A stretch of DNA of 64,000 nt from Bdellovibrionota bacterium (GTDB lineage Bacteria > Bdellovibrionota_C > UBA2361 > CALJRW01), in NCBI GenBank assembly GCA_041740355.1, contig JBGSMD010000016.1, positions 188,936-252,935 on the forward strand, in the 5' to 3' direction. Below are positions 53,224 to 61,944 of the stretch, one piece after another (positions within the stretch are counted from its first letter, which is position 1; every line of letters begins with the position of its first letter). A program made the translations under genes and the position numbers. The notes below the pieces were generated by a model. It did not search any database and was not told the DNA's origin. It saw only the letters and a program-made list of their open reading frames with translations.

Positions 53224-53315
53224 TTTATTATTCACTTTTTAATGCAAAATTGCTATATTTAATAATAATATCAGTAATATACTATGTAATTTATTATTCA
53301 TTTTTAATGCAAAAT
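53224..53315 (+). promoter_or_regulatory. Paired 26-bp direct repeats at promoter/start of yjjJ, candidate operators
   Basis: TTTATTATTCA(C)TTTTTAATGCAAAAT at 53224-53250 and 53290-53315. Confidence 0.5.
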
Positions 53316-54620
53316 AAACTCCGCCAGCTATTATTAAGAGGACCGGCTACTGGTAAAGAGCTATACACCGCAATGGGAATTTCTCAAGCAAAATTTTCTC
53401 GCCTACTATCAAAATCATCAGAAGACATTGTAGTAATTGGAAATCATCGTAACACTAGATATGCCTTATTACGTCCTATTAGAAACTTACCAAAACAAAT
53501 ACCAATCTATTCTATCACGAGAGACGGTCAAATTGTTTTATTGGCTAAGCTTACGGGAATCTATCCTCACGGCTTTTATTTGGAGTCGAATCATCCAGAA
53601 GTTTTTACAACAACTTATGAAGACTTGCCGTATTGGTTAGTTAATATGATCCCCGCAGGATTTCTAGGCAGATTAATTCCTAAAAAATACCCAGAGTTAC
53701 TCTATCCAGAAGATATTCAGCTATGGGGGAACGATGATATTATTCATTATTGGTATACTCTTGGCTGGGATTTAATTGGTAATCTCATTATAGGAGACTT
53801 AGCTCTTAAAACCTATCAGCAAAATTTAGCTAATCCAAAATTTATTGAATCTAACAACCGAGCAAAAGCTTATGAACAAAAGGCAGACGATGTTATTAAT
53901 CTTGGCGATGCAGGATCGTCCGCCGGTGGAGAACAACCAAAATTTTTAAGTATTATAAAGTCTGAAGATTATCGGCCAGTAATAGTTAAATTTATTATTA
54001 ATTCACAAAGTGAAGTTTCAAATCGCTGGCGAGATCTATTAATCTGCGAGGATCTTTCGCTTAAGCTCTTAGCTAAAAACAATATCTTAGCGGCTAATTC
54101 CGAGTTAATTAACTCAGAAAAAAGAACTTTTCTAGAAGTTACTCGCTTTGATCGACTTGGCTTAAATGGACGATTAGGCATTATGTCGCTTGCAGTTATT
54201 ATTCAACAATTTTCTGGAAAAACTGGAAGCTGGTTACAGATCACCAAGGATTTGCTTGATTTAAAAATCATCACCAATGAAATCTATCAAAAAATAGCAA
54301 TACTTTATTACTATGGAATGTTAATTAGGAATTCTGATATGCATCAAGGTAATCTTTCGTTCATAGTAAATGGCGAAATGATTTTAGATATTTCTCCAGT
54401 CTATGACATGCTGCCAATGGAATATGCTCCGAATGGGCAAGAGTTATCTACTCCTAAGTACTCAAGAGTTATCCTACCTCCACAAGATCGATCATACTGG
54501 GAAAAATCCCTAGAACTTGCCAAAAAATTTTGGATATCTGCTAGCGAAAATGTAGCAATTTCTCCAGATTTTCAAAAAATTATTAATATCGAAAAAAATC
54601 AATTAATGAAATTAGCTTGA
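53307..54620 (+). CDS. yjjJ: HipA-family kinase toxin YjjJ/HipH with N-terminal HTH
   Basis: GISQAKFSR HTH, SSAGGEQPKF, RFDR, NSDMHQGNLS, PVYDMLPM; likely start MQNK. Confidence 0.88.
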   Translation: MQNKLRQLLLRGPATGKELYTAMGISQAKFSRLLSKSSEDIVVIGNHRNTRYALLRPIRNLPKQIPIYSITRDGQIVLLAKLTGIYPHGFYLESNHPEVFTTTYEDLPYWLVNMIPAGFLGRLIPKKYPELLYPEDIQLWGNDDIIHYWYTLGWDLIGNLIIGDLALKTYQQNLANPKFIESNNRAKAYEQKADDVINLGDAGSSAGGEQPKFLSIIKSEDYRPVIVKFIINSQSEVSNRWRDLLICEDLSLKLLAKNNILAANSELINSEKRTFLEVTRFDRLGLNGRLGIMSLAVIIQQFSGKTGSWLQITKDLLDLKIITNEIYQKIAILYYYGMLIRNSDMHQGNLSFIVNGEMILDISPVYDMLPMEYAPNGQELSTPKYSRVILPPQDRSYWEKSLELAKKFWISASENVAISPDFQKIINIEKNQLMKLA

Positions 54621-54820
54621 ACTTTTGTTGCCTTTTTTGCTCCAAGGATACCAGTACAGGGGAATCTCCCTCCTCTCTTGTGCCAGGCTACTTTTTTCGG
54701 CTCAAGCTGAAAGTTTAGAGTTGAACAAAGAGATTCGGTATGTGAATCTATAATTAATACTGGATGTTGAAACTAGCGGTATTCATTAGCCCTTAAACTT
54801 AAAGTCATTGAACAAAGAAG

Positions 54821-55354
54821 ATGAATGAAAAGAACAAGAAGATTCTAGGGGCACTCATAGTTTTTTTATTATTCTGGGTAGTTGACATAACTGCGGAGAA
54901 CCATTCTGTTGTTAATGGCTTTAAAGTCTCTCTAGATAAGAAGTTTCAGCCAGTCCCTCCTCAGGGCTTCTTAAAATTTGTTTTTAGTACTCCACAGGAT
55001 TCAAATGTTGTGAGGAGTATCTCCATAGGACATGTAAGCAATAAGCTTGAAGCGGAAGGATCGTCTATAAATATTGAAAGCTTTGAACAACTATATTCCA
55101 TATATAAAGAGCCAATGCTTGAAGTTATTAAAGATACAATAAAAAAAGTTGACACAAATTTTCAAACACAAGAGCACTTATGGAAAATAAGTACTGTTTA
55201 TAGAAAAGAATTATTTATGAGTATGGCAGGAACGCCTACAAAAGACGGGGCATTACTTGTTATATTTTCTTATCTTGATATCCCAAAAGAAATTGATACT
55301 GAAAAAGCCGAAGCAGAATTTAAAAGTATTCTTCAGACAATTACTAAAGAATAG
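54821..55354 (+). CDS. Exported hypothetical protein
   Basis: N-terminal hydrophobic segment. Confidence 0.6.
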   Translation: MNEKNKKILGALIVFLLFWVVDITAENHSVVNGFKVSLDKKFQPVPPQGFLKFVFSTPQDSNVVRSISIGHVSNKLEAEGSSINIESFEQLYSIYKEPMLEVIKDTIKKVDTNFQTQEHLWKISTVYRKELFMSMAGTPTKDGALLVIFSYLDIPKEIDTEKAEAEFKSILQTITKE

Positions 55355-55433
55355 ATTCAGACTTAGATCCATTTCTTTATTAGCTTGGCTCAAGAAAAAA
55401 TATCTATGACAAATAGTTACTCATGCCTTTCTA

Positions 55434-57425
55434 TTATCGCGCTTCAATTACAACAGTGTTAGAGCGGATAGTGTCTTCCTCATTCCTTATCACAACTGCT
55501 GTCCGCTTCCCAGTCTCACGTCCCCAAGACCATGTACCATCTTTTCCCACCGGGATCCTAGCAGTACCTTGTTGAAAACCAACTTGGCCTGGGAATCTAA
55601 TCCATGGTACCAAGACATCACCCTCATTGAAGCCTTGGCTCGTACCAAAAACTTCGATTCTCTTATCCACGCGGGTTCCATCAAGGATGAAGATTGACTG
55701 CACTATTGCGATTGGGCATTTTGCTGCTTCATTTAATTTCCCCCTAGCATCTGCCAAAAGGTCTTTGGCTGCTTTATTAACACGATCTGCCCGCCGTACT
55801 TTTCTGATTGCCCGATTAATTTTTCCAATTGCCTGTTTAATATTCTTATCCTGACATTCTGTACCAGCATCGCTAATAAATGCTATCTGTAATTCTGATA
55901 TAAGCGCCTCTGCATCAATTATAAATTGCTCCGCATCAGATTTATTTATTAATTTGATGTTATTTCTTCCACTTGTTATTGACTCCGATACCGCGGTCGC
56001 TGTATTTGGCACTTCACATTCCTCACCCTCATAACCAGCAGCACAGGTGCAAGTTCCATTACCACTTACTCCAGCACTGCAGGTTCCATTTTCTCCGCAG
56101 TCTGGGCATTCAATATTACAACTTGACCCCGCGAAGTTTGCGACACATTCATTGCAGCTCATTCCAGTGAATCCCGTAGCGCATGTGCAAGTTCCGCTAC
56201 CTGAAACGCCTGCATCACAAGTTCCATTTTCTCCACAATTTGGACATTCGATATCGCAACTTACTCCCGCTAAATTTGTGGCACATATACTACAGTCATT
56301 TCCTGTGAAGCCTGTCACGCAAGTGCAGTTACCACTACCTGCAACACCATCATCACAGCTTCCATTTCCACTACAGGCTAAAGCTCCTGAGCCTCCAGGA
56401 CAGTTCGAGCAGGAAATACCAAATTGGCCAGCAGGACATTCAAAGGGAGCTGGTTCACCATAAAACCAGATGTCATCAAGAACGCCAGAATTTCCAACAC
56501 CACCAAAAATAATGGCATTGTCGCTTGAGGAGTTAAAAACCATCCTGGCATTTCCTCGGGCAGCTGGGCTTGCTGCAGGTGAGAGTTGAGTCCAGTTTGT
56601 ACCATCATAGCTCCAAGTATCTCCAAGAGGAGATCCACTTGTTCCACCAAAAAGAAATACTCTGTCATTCAACGTATCGTATGTCATGCTCGGAGCGAAT
56701 CGAGTAGAAGGTGAAGCTGCTGTGTTGATTTCACTCCAACTAGTACCATTAAATTCCCAGGTATCGTTTAAATTCTCGGAAGCACCTACCCCACCAAAAA
56801 TAACAAGCACATCACGATCTGGATCGTAAGCAATTCCTGCGTCTGCCCGAGCGGGAGGGTTTGTTCCAGGAGTAATGTCGGTCCAGTCAACACCGTTCCA
56901 ACTCCAAAGGTCACTCAAATATGTACCATTCTGGAGTTGCCCCCCAAACATGAGCGTCCGATTATTTGTCGAATCATAGACCATGGAGTGAAATCGTCTC
57001 CCACTAGGTGATGTCACTGGACTTTTCTGGGTCCATGTTGATCCACTTAATGTCCAAGTCTGATTGCTTAATCCAACTCCCACGCGGCCACCAAACATGA
57101 CATTGTTTAAATTAGCAGAATCATAGACCATGCTAAATCCATCCCTCGCCGAAGGAGTCCCTGTTGTAGCTAACTGAGTCCAACTTGTTCCATTAAAGGT
57201 CCAAGTATCATTGATTGCATTAGCACCATTGTCACCACCAAAAATAATCACTGAGTTATTGGTCGAATTAAAACTCATTCCGAAATCAAGCCGCCCAGAA
57301 GGTTTTGTGCCAGGGCTCTTATCTGTCCAGTTGGGTACAGCATAAACCTGTGCAGGAATAAATCCTAACAACAAGAATAAAATAGTAATCTGAGAGGAAA
57401 GAAAAGCTGTGATTAAATTTTTCAT
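55434..57425 (-). CDS. Secreted Kelch-repeat + EGF-like repeat protein
   Basis: Six FGG...DTW Kelch blades; three C..NG.C..G..G.G.C.C..G..G..C units. Confidence 0.85.
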   Translation of the reverse strand: MKNLITAFLSSQITILFLLLGFIPAQVYAVPNWTDKSPGTKPSGRLDFGMSFNSTNNSVIIFGGDNGANAINDTWTFNGTSWTQLATTGTPSARDGFSMVYDSANLNNVMFGGRVGVGLSNQTWTLSGSTWTQKSPVTSPSGRRFHSMVYDSTNNRTLMFGGQLQNGTYLSDLWSWNGVDWTDITPGTNPPARADAGIAYDPDRDVLVIFGGVGASENLNDTWEFNGTSWSEINTAASPSTRFAPSMTYDTLNDRVFLFGGTSGSPLGDTWSYDGTNWTQLSPAASPAARGNARMVFNSSSDNAIIFGGVGNSGVLDDIWFYGEPAPFECPAGQFGISCSNCPGGSGALACSGNGSCDDGVAGSGNCTCVTGFTGNDCSICATNLAGVSCDIECPNCGENGTCDAGVSGSGTCTCATGFTGMSCNECVANFAGSSCNIECPDCGENGTCSAGVSGNGTCTCAAGYEGEECEVPNTATAVSESITSGRNNIKLINKSDAEQFIIDAEALISELQIAFISDAGTECQDKNIKQAIGKINRAIRKVRRADRVNKAAKDLLADARGKLNEAAKCPIAIVQSIFILDGTRVDKRIEVFGTSQGFNEGDVLVPWIRFPGQVGFQQGTARIPVGKDGTWSWGRETGKRTAVVIRNEEDTIRSNTVVIEAR

Positions 57426-57618
57426 CTGTATGAGTAGTAACTAAATATTTATCTGTTTAAGCTTCCCCTAAAATTAGTGAACAAACTTTGCAGGCCGCAT
57501 TGGCTTCAAATTGAGCAGGCGACATGAAGTTGTACGAGGAATTGTTTCAATTTCTATAATAAAAGCTTTCCCCCTTTCCTGCTAGACTATTTTTTTCCTT
57601 CTCCCCTTATTCCCCTTG

Positions 57619-57639
57619 AGTTGATATGTAGAGAACTTA
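57619..57639 (+). mobile_element. IS110 left-end stub
   Basis: AGTTGATATGTAGAGAACTTA preceded by TCCCCTTG. Confidence 0.75.
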
Positions 57640-57762
57640 TGTTTTAAAACCAGACTTTAAGATCGAAATGAATCTCTCTAAATAAGAAGAATAATTGTTT
57701 TAGATTTTGATTAAAAACGAAGATGAGACGTCTAAACTTTGATTTTAATATGAAGACAAAGA

Positions 57763-57978
57763 ATGACAAAAACTAAAGATGATTCGAATACTTTAATTGG
57801 TATGGGCGCAGGCGTTGGTGTCTTAGGAGCAATAGGAGCATTTGCGACTGGTGCGATCTGTCCATTATGTATTTTCGCCGTTCCCGCTCTAGTTGGGACT
57901 GGAATCTACCAAAAATTTAAAGCTCCAAAAGAATCTCAAATTATTATCGAAGAAAATCCAGCAATAGCGGAAGACTGA
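57763..57978 (+). CDS. Small membrane protein with CxxC
   Basis: Gly-rich TM, CPLC. Confidence 0.65.
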   Translation: MTKTKDDSNTLIGMGAGVGVLGAIGAFATGAICPLCIFAVPALVGTGIYQKFKAPKESQIIIEENPAIAED

Positions 57979-58068
57979 TTGATCCATCCAAAGTTTCCCC
58001 CTTGAGCCGACCAACTGACGTCTCAACTGAAAAAACAGTGAAAAAGACTCTTCCCGATGAAAAGTATT

Positions 58069-58361
58069 TTGAAGTATTTGAAATAAAAAGTATCCTGTCA
58101 CTGGGTAAAAATTGTATTCATGAGCCACTAATGTATTTGTGCAAAAAGCTGTTGCCAAATTGACCCTTTGATCTTGCCCCTAACATTTTCCCCCTTGAGC
58201 CGACCAACTTTTTCCTTCAAAAAATAGTTGGTTGGATAAAGTTGAAGTATTTGAAATAAAAGTATCATGTCACTGGGTAAAAACTGAAGTGATGAGCCAC
58301 CAATGTATTTGTGCAAATAGCTTTTGCCAAATTGACTCTTTGATCTTGCCCCTAACATTTT
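58069..58361 (+). repeat. Two ~120-bp direct repeats (58069-58189, 58242-58361) separated by an end-site hairpin
   Basis: TTGAAGTATTTGAAATAAAA...GATCTTGCCCCTAACATTTT twice. Confidence 0.9.
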
Positions 58362-58369
58362 AAAGGAAC

Positions 58370-59566
58370 TCACTTTCCCCCTCTCTCTCCAATCCTTTCT
58401 TCTATAACCTTAATCTCTCGTTCAATCTCCGCCTTAAGTTCTTCCTCGCTTGGAAGCACTGCACTATACTTACTAGCAAACAACTGTTCACTCCCCTTTA
58501 GCACAGAATACTTAGCAACCACTGAATCACTTTCTGAACAAAGGACAATTCCAATAGTTGGATTGTCAGACTCCTTCCGCTTTAATTCATCATACATCCG
58601 AACATACATATCCATTTGCCCAATATCTTGATGAGTAAGTTTAGTAGTTTTGAGATCGATTAAAACAAAACATTTAAGTTCAAAGTTATAAAAAACTAGA
58701 TCAATAAAAAAATCGGAATGTTCAGTTCTAATATGTTGTTGGCGAGCAACAAAAGCAAAACCCTTCCCAAGTTCTAATAGGAAACTTTGCAAATGAGCAA
58801 TTAACCCATTTTCTAAATCTTTCTCCTTGTAGCTGGAATTTGTTGGTAAATCCAAGAATTCCAGAACAAAAGGATCCTTGATAAAATCTCGAATCTTGGA
58901 TTTTTGATTATTAACTTCTTCACTAAGTCTTGATTCATCATTAGCTGCAGATATAACTACTTGCTGGTCTTTAGAAGATAGAATTCTTTCATAATAGAAA
59001 GACTGAATATTTCGCTCTAGGTTTCTTGAACTCCACCCCTGATTAGCACATTCATTAATGTAATATTCCCTCGCTTTTGGATTTTGTACGCGCATGATCA
59101 TTCGATAATGCGTCCAAGTAAGTTCACTTCTAATGATACTCGGCAATTCGTCACTCACTGCGTGACGAATTCCAACTAATTGATTTTCCTTGTTTTTTTG
59201 CAAACCCAATTCGTCACACACTGTGTGACGAATTGCAACTACTTGATTTTCCTTATTTTTCTGTAAACTCAATTCATCACACACTGTGTGATGAATTGGG
59301 AAAGTCAGATAAAACTGCCTAAAATATTTTAAATTAGTAGCCGAGAAACCACCCCCAAATTCCTTAATCAACTCACCTGCTAGTGAATCTATTAACATTT
59401 TACCATAGCCTGCTTTAGATTCTCCTAGTTGTTCTTCCTCTACAATTCTACGCCCAATATTGTAATAAGCCTGAACCATGTAAAAGTTAACTGCTGAATA
59501 TGCCTGTTTACGACTACTATTAATGATCGTTTTTATTTCATTAATTAATAAACTATTAAGTTCCAT
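58370..59566 (-). CDS. YhcG/DUF1016 PD-(D/E)XK nuclease family protein
   Basis: IKDPFVLEFL, LLELGKGFAFVARQ, FIDLVFY, GQMDMY, DNPTIGI. Confidence 0.92.
   Translation of the reverse strand: MELNSLLINEIKTIINSSRKQAYSAVNFYMVQAYYNIGRRIVEEEQLGESKAGYGKMLIDSLAGELIKEFGGGFSATNLKYFRQFYLTFPIHHTVCDELSLQKNKENQVVAIRHTVCDELGLQKNKENQLVGIRHAVSDELPSIIRSELTWTHYRMIMRVQNPKAREYYINECANQGWSSRNLERNIQSFYYERILSSKDQQVVISAANDESRLSEEVNNQKSKIRDFIKDPFVLEFLDLPTNSSYKEKDLENGLIAHLQSFLLELGKGFAFVARQQHIRTEHSDFFIDLVFYNFELKCFVLIDLKTTKLTHQDIGQMDMYVRMYDELKRKESDNPTIGIVLCSESDSVVAKYSVLKGSEQLFASKYSAVLPSEEELKAEIEREIKVIEERIGERGGK
59145..59297. repeat. Three 27-bp intragenic palindromes at 63-bp period
   Basis: AATTCGTCACACA-C-TGTGTGACGAATT variants at 59145, 59208, 59271. 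Confidence 0.9.
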
Positions 59567-59746
59567 TTTAATCCTCCAAATCTTTCGGTAATTTAATCCT
59601 GCAAAGATTATCGAGAATTCTTTGGTTAAGTATTACTTTAGTCTTCTGTCTAACACTTTTCTTTTTAGATCAAGAAACTTTGATATTTTGAGGTTCAATA
59701 GTCTGGCTCTTTTTTAAGAAATGGGATTATTCAGCCTATTAAGTTA

Positions 59747-60058
59747 TTATGTGCCATATCGCTCAGCAACTCTTTTTGCAATGAAATCAAAAACCTCGAT
59801 TGGAGTTGAACGAATACCTAAAGAATTATCTAAATCAGGTTCCCAGACTGGAATCGAATTGCTGTTACTAAATTGGGCTTGGGTTACACCTAGATAGGAT
59901 TCTTTGCCATCCCAACTAAAGCGCATTCGATCATGTGGCTTACCTACAATTACATGCCAACTCCCAAATACTTGGTAATAGTATGCATGTTCGTAAAGTG
60001 TAAGACCTATGATCTCGAGCTGAGTAGCTAATTTGTTGAGTAGTTCAGTATGTTCCAT
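59747..60058 (-). CDS. Hypothetical protein, integron-cassette-like
   Basis: 103 aa; GTTACGT just upstream of ATG and ACATAA at the stop. Confidence 0.65.
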   Translation of the reverse strand: MEHTELLNKLATQLEIIGLTLYEHAYYYQVFGSWHVIVGKPHDRMRFSWDGKESYLGVTQAQFSNSNSIPVWEPDLDNSLGIRSTPIEVFDFIAKRVAERYGT

Positions 60059-60264
60059 CTTTACACGTAACGAGGCAGAACTAAAAAACTAAACTTACTG
60101 GCTCCCTTGGTCAATATATCTTTTAATATTTAGGGACTGGATTGATTTCAAAGTAGCCGGTCTCTAGTTGTAATTTGTTTGTAAAACTTTAACCTTCTTG
60201 GACTCATAATTTTCGCAAGTAAAGTCTCTTGATGGAACTAACTAATGGACCCATTTTTTTCTGG

Positions 60265-60288
60265 AGTTGCTATGTAGAGAACTTAAAC
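60265..60288 (+). mobile_element. IS110 left-end stub
   Basis: AGTTGCTATGTAGAGAACTTAAAC, exact reverse complement of 63069-63092. Confidence 0.85.
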
Positions 60289-60454
60289 CTTTTCAACCTT
60301 CAATCTTAACCAATGATCACATTTTGAACATTTTCTCCTCATATTTTGCCCTTCTTCCCCTTTCCCCTCTTTTCCCCTTGAGCCACGCCAAAATTTTACA
60401 CAACTAATTGTCTTTTTTATCGAATAATTAATCAACAGATTAAACTTTCGATAA

Positions 60455-61480
60455 ATGGAAATAACAGATAATACAGAACTGCAGTCAGAACCTGAATTTA
60501 AAAAGAAATGTGGCAGACTAAGACGTGCCATCTTTCACAATCATGTCTACATGCTAACTACCAGCGTAGAAAGTGGCATAATGCTTCCAGCTAATCCCCT
60601 AGTTAAATATGTAATATCTTCAGCACTACTAAAAGCACAGCTCCATCACCAAATAAAAATAAGCCATCTTCTGGTAAATGCCACCCATATTCACTTTCTT
60701 GTCAGAGTGATTAACCCACAAGACATCCCAGACTTTATGGAACGATTTAAGACAGAATCAGCACATTACCTAAATAGATTACTAGGAAGAAAGAAAAGAA
60801 CAATTTGGTGTGACAGGTATGACATGTCAGCAGCACTGGAAGCTTCTGATGTTATAGATAGAATTATCTACATTTATACTAATCCTGTAAAAGATGGCTT
60901 AGTCTCTAGTATAGATTTATACCCAGGACTAAGTAGTTGGAATAGATTTAATTCTAGTAAGAGCTACCTTAAGGGAAGTCTAATTTCCAGAAGAGATATT
61001 AAACCAGTTGAACAAGTAGCAAGTGAAGAACATTTTGAAAGAGCAAGAAAACAGCTAGCCGTAAAGAAAAAACTCAGGACTCTAGTAATTGATCCTAACG
61101 ACTGGATGAAGGCTTTTAAAATTACTAATAAAGATGAAATAGAAGAAATCAATAAAACTATCAAGGAAGGTATTATTGAAAGAACCAAAGTAATTCATGA
61201 GAGAAGACTTGAGGCTGGTAAAAAGCAATTCTTAGGATCTCATAAGTTAAGAAATCAAGAAATTAACTTAGAGTATCAATCTAAAAGATCTGGCAGAAAG
61301 ATGTGGTGTTACTGCAGGAATATTGAAAGAAGAAAGCAATATATCTCTTGGGTTAAAGAGCTAGCAGCAGAAGCTAGAGAAGTTTATAGAGCGTGGCAGA
61401 GTGGAGACACAAGTAGAGCTATGCCAATTGGAATGTTTGCTCCAAGGATGCCAGTTCAGGGTAATTTAATTTTTTGTTAG
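60455..61480 (+). CDS. REP-associated (RAYT-like) HUH Y1 tyrosine transposase, intact
   Basis: THIH HUH motif, W.DRY, YIYTNPVKDGLV catalytic Tyr helix, LSSW. Confidence 0.88.
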   Translation: MEITDNTELQSEPEFKKKCGRLRRAIFHNHVYMLTTSVESGIMLPANPLVKYVISSALLKAQLHHQIKISHLLVNATHIHFLVRVINPQDIPDFMERFKTESAHYLNRLLGRKKRTIWCDRYDMSAALEASDVIDRIIYIYTNPVKDGLVSSIDLYPGLSSWNRFNSSKSYLKGSLISRRDIKPVEQVASEEHFERARKQLAVKKKLRTLVIDPNDWMKAFKITNKDEIEEINKTIKEGIIERTKVIHERRLEAGKKQFLGSHKLRNQEINLEYQSKRSGRKMWCYCRNIERRKQYISWVKELAAEAREVYRAWQSGDTSRAMPIGMFAPRMPVQGNLIFC

Positions 61481-61744
61481 AAATACATTAACAGCTTTTT
61501 CTAGTCTGGGACTGGGGTACGTTTGTGCTGCCCAAAATTTAGGTCTCGTATGATTAATTATTGTAGGTGGATAAGGATAAGAACACCTTTTGCTGACTTT
61601 TTCGATTGATTTTCGCTCAATAAATAGTTGGTTGGCTGTTATGAGAGAAGTCAATAAAAAAATTGATTCTGCTTAATACCATTTAGGCGTTTTATATTGA
61701 CTACTTAAACAGTAGCAAATATCTGGAAAATTTGCGTTCTTTTT

Positions 61745-61916
61745 GGTATCTTGTAACACAAGCTGTTATCCGTGGTAATCACCTCGGTAGTTCCACAAGT
61801 TGCAAAATTCGTGATAAAAGAAGCTGTGCCTCAAACTAAAGCAGGTGGTTACTTAAAAAGTACCACAGCCTGGCACACGAGGTCACAGCAAAATCTGTTG
61901 TTACAATGATGATACC
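61745..61916 (-). ncRNA. Predicted bridge/seek RNA of the IS110 element
   Basis: Outer stem GGTATC..TTGTAAC / GTTACAA..GATACC; two GTGG..CCAC hairpins each flanked by segments matching target (AGGCT, CTTTAGTTTGAG) or donor (GCAACT, ATAACAG). Confidence 0.75.
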
Positions 61917-61944
61917 TTGCAGCTTAGCAAATTTGCGAAATTTA

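Noticed and set aside
57889-58373. ORFs 57889-58158 and 58128-58373
   Set aside because: They lie over non-coding repeats and show no protein motifs.
59145-59297. CRISPR-like array (27-bp palindromes, 36-bp gaps)
   Set aside because: Gaps resemble each other, the unit is in frame inside a CDS, and there are no cas genes.
60283-60531. Minus-strand ORF with CxxC
   Set aside because: Spans the purine tail and overlaps the RAYT start; likely spurious.
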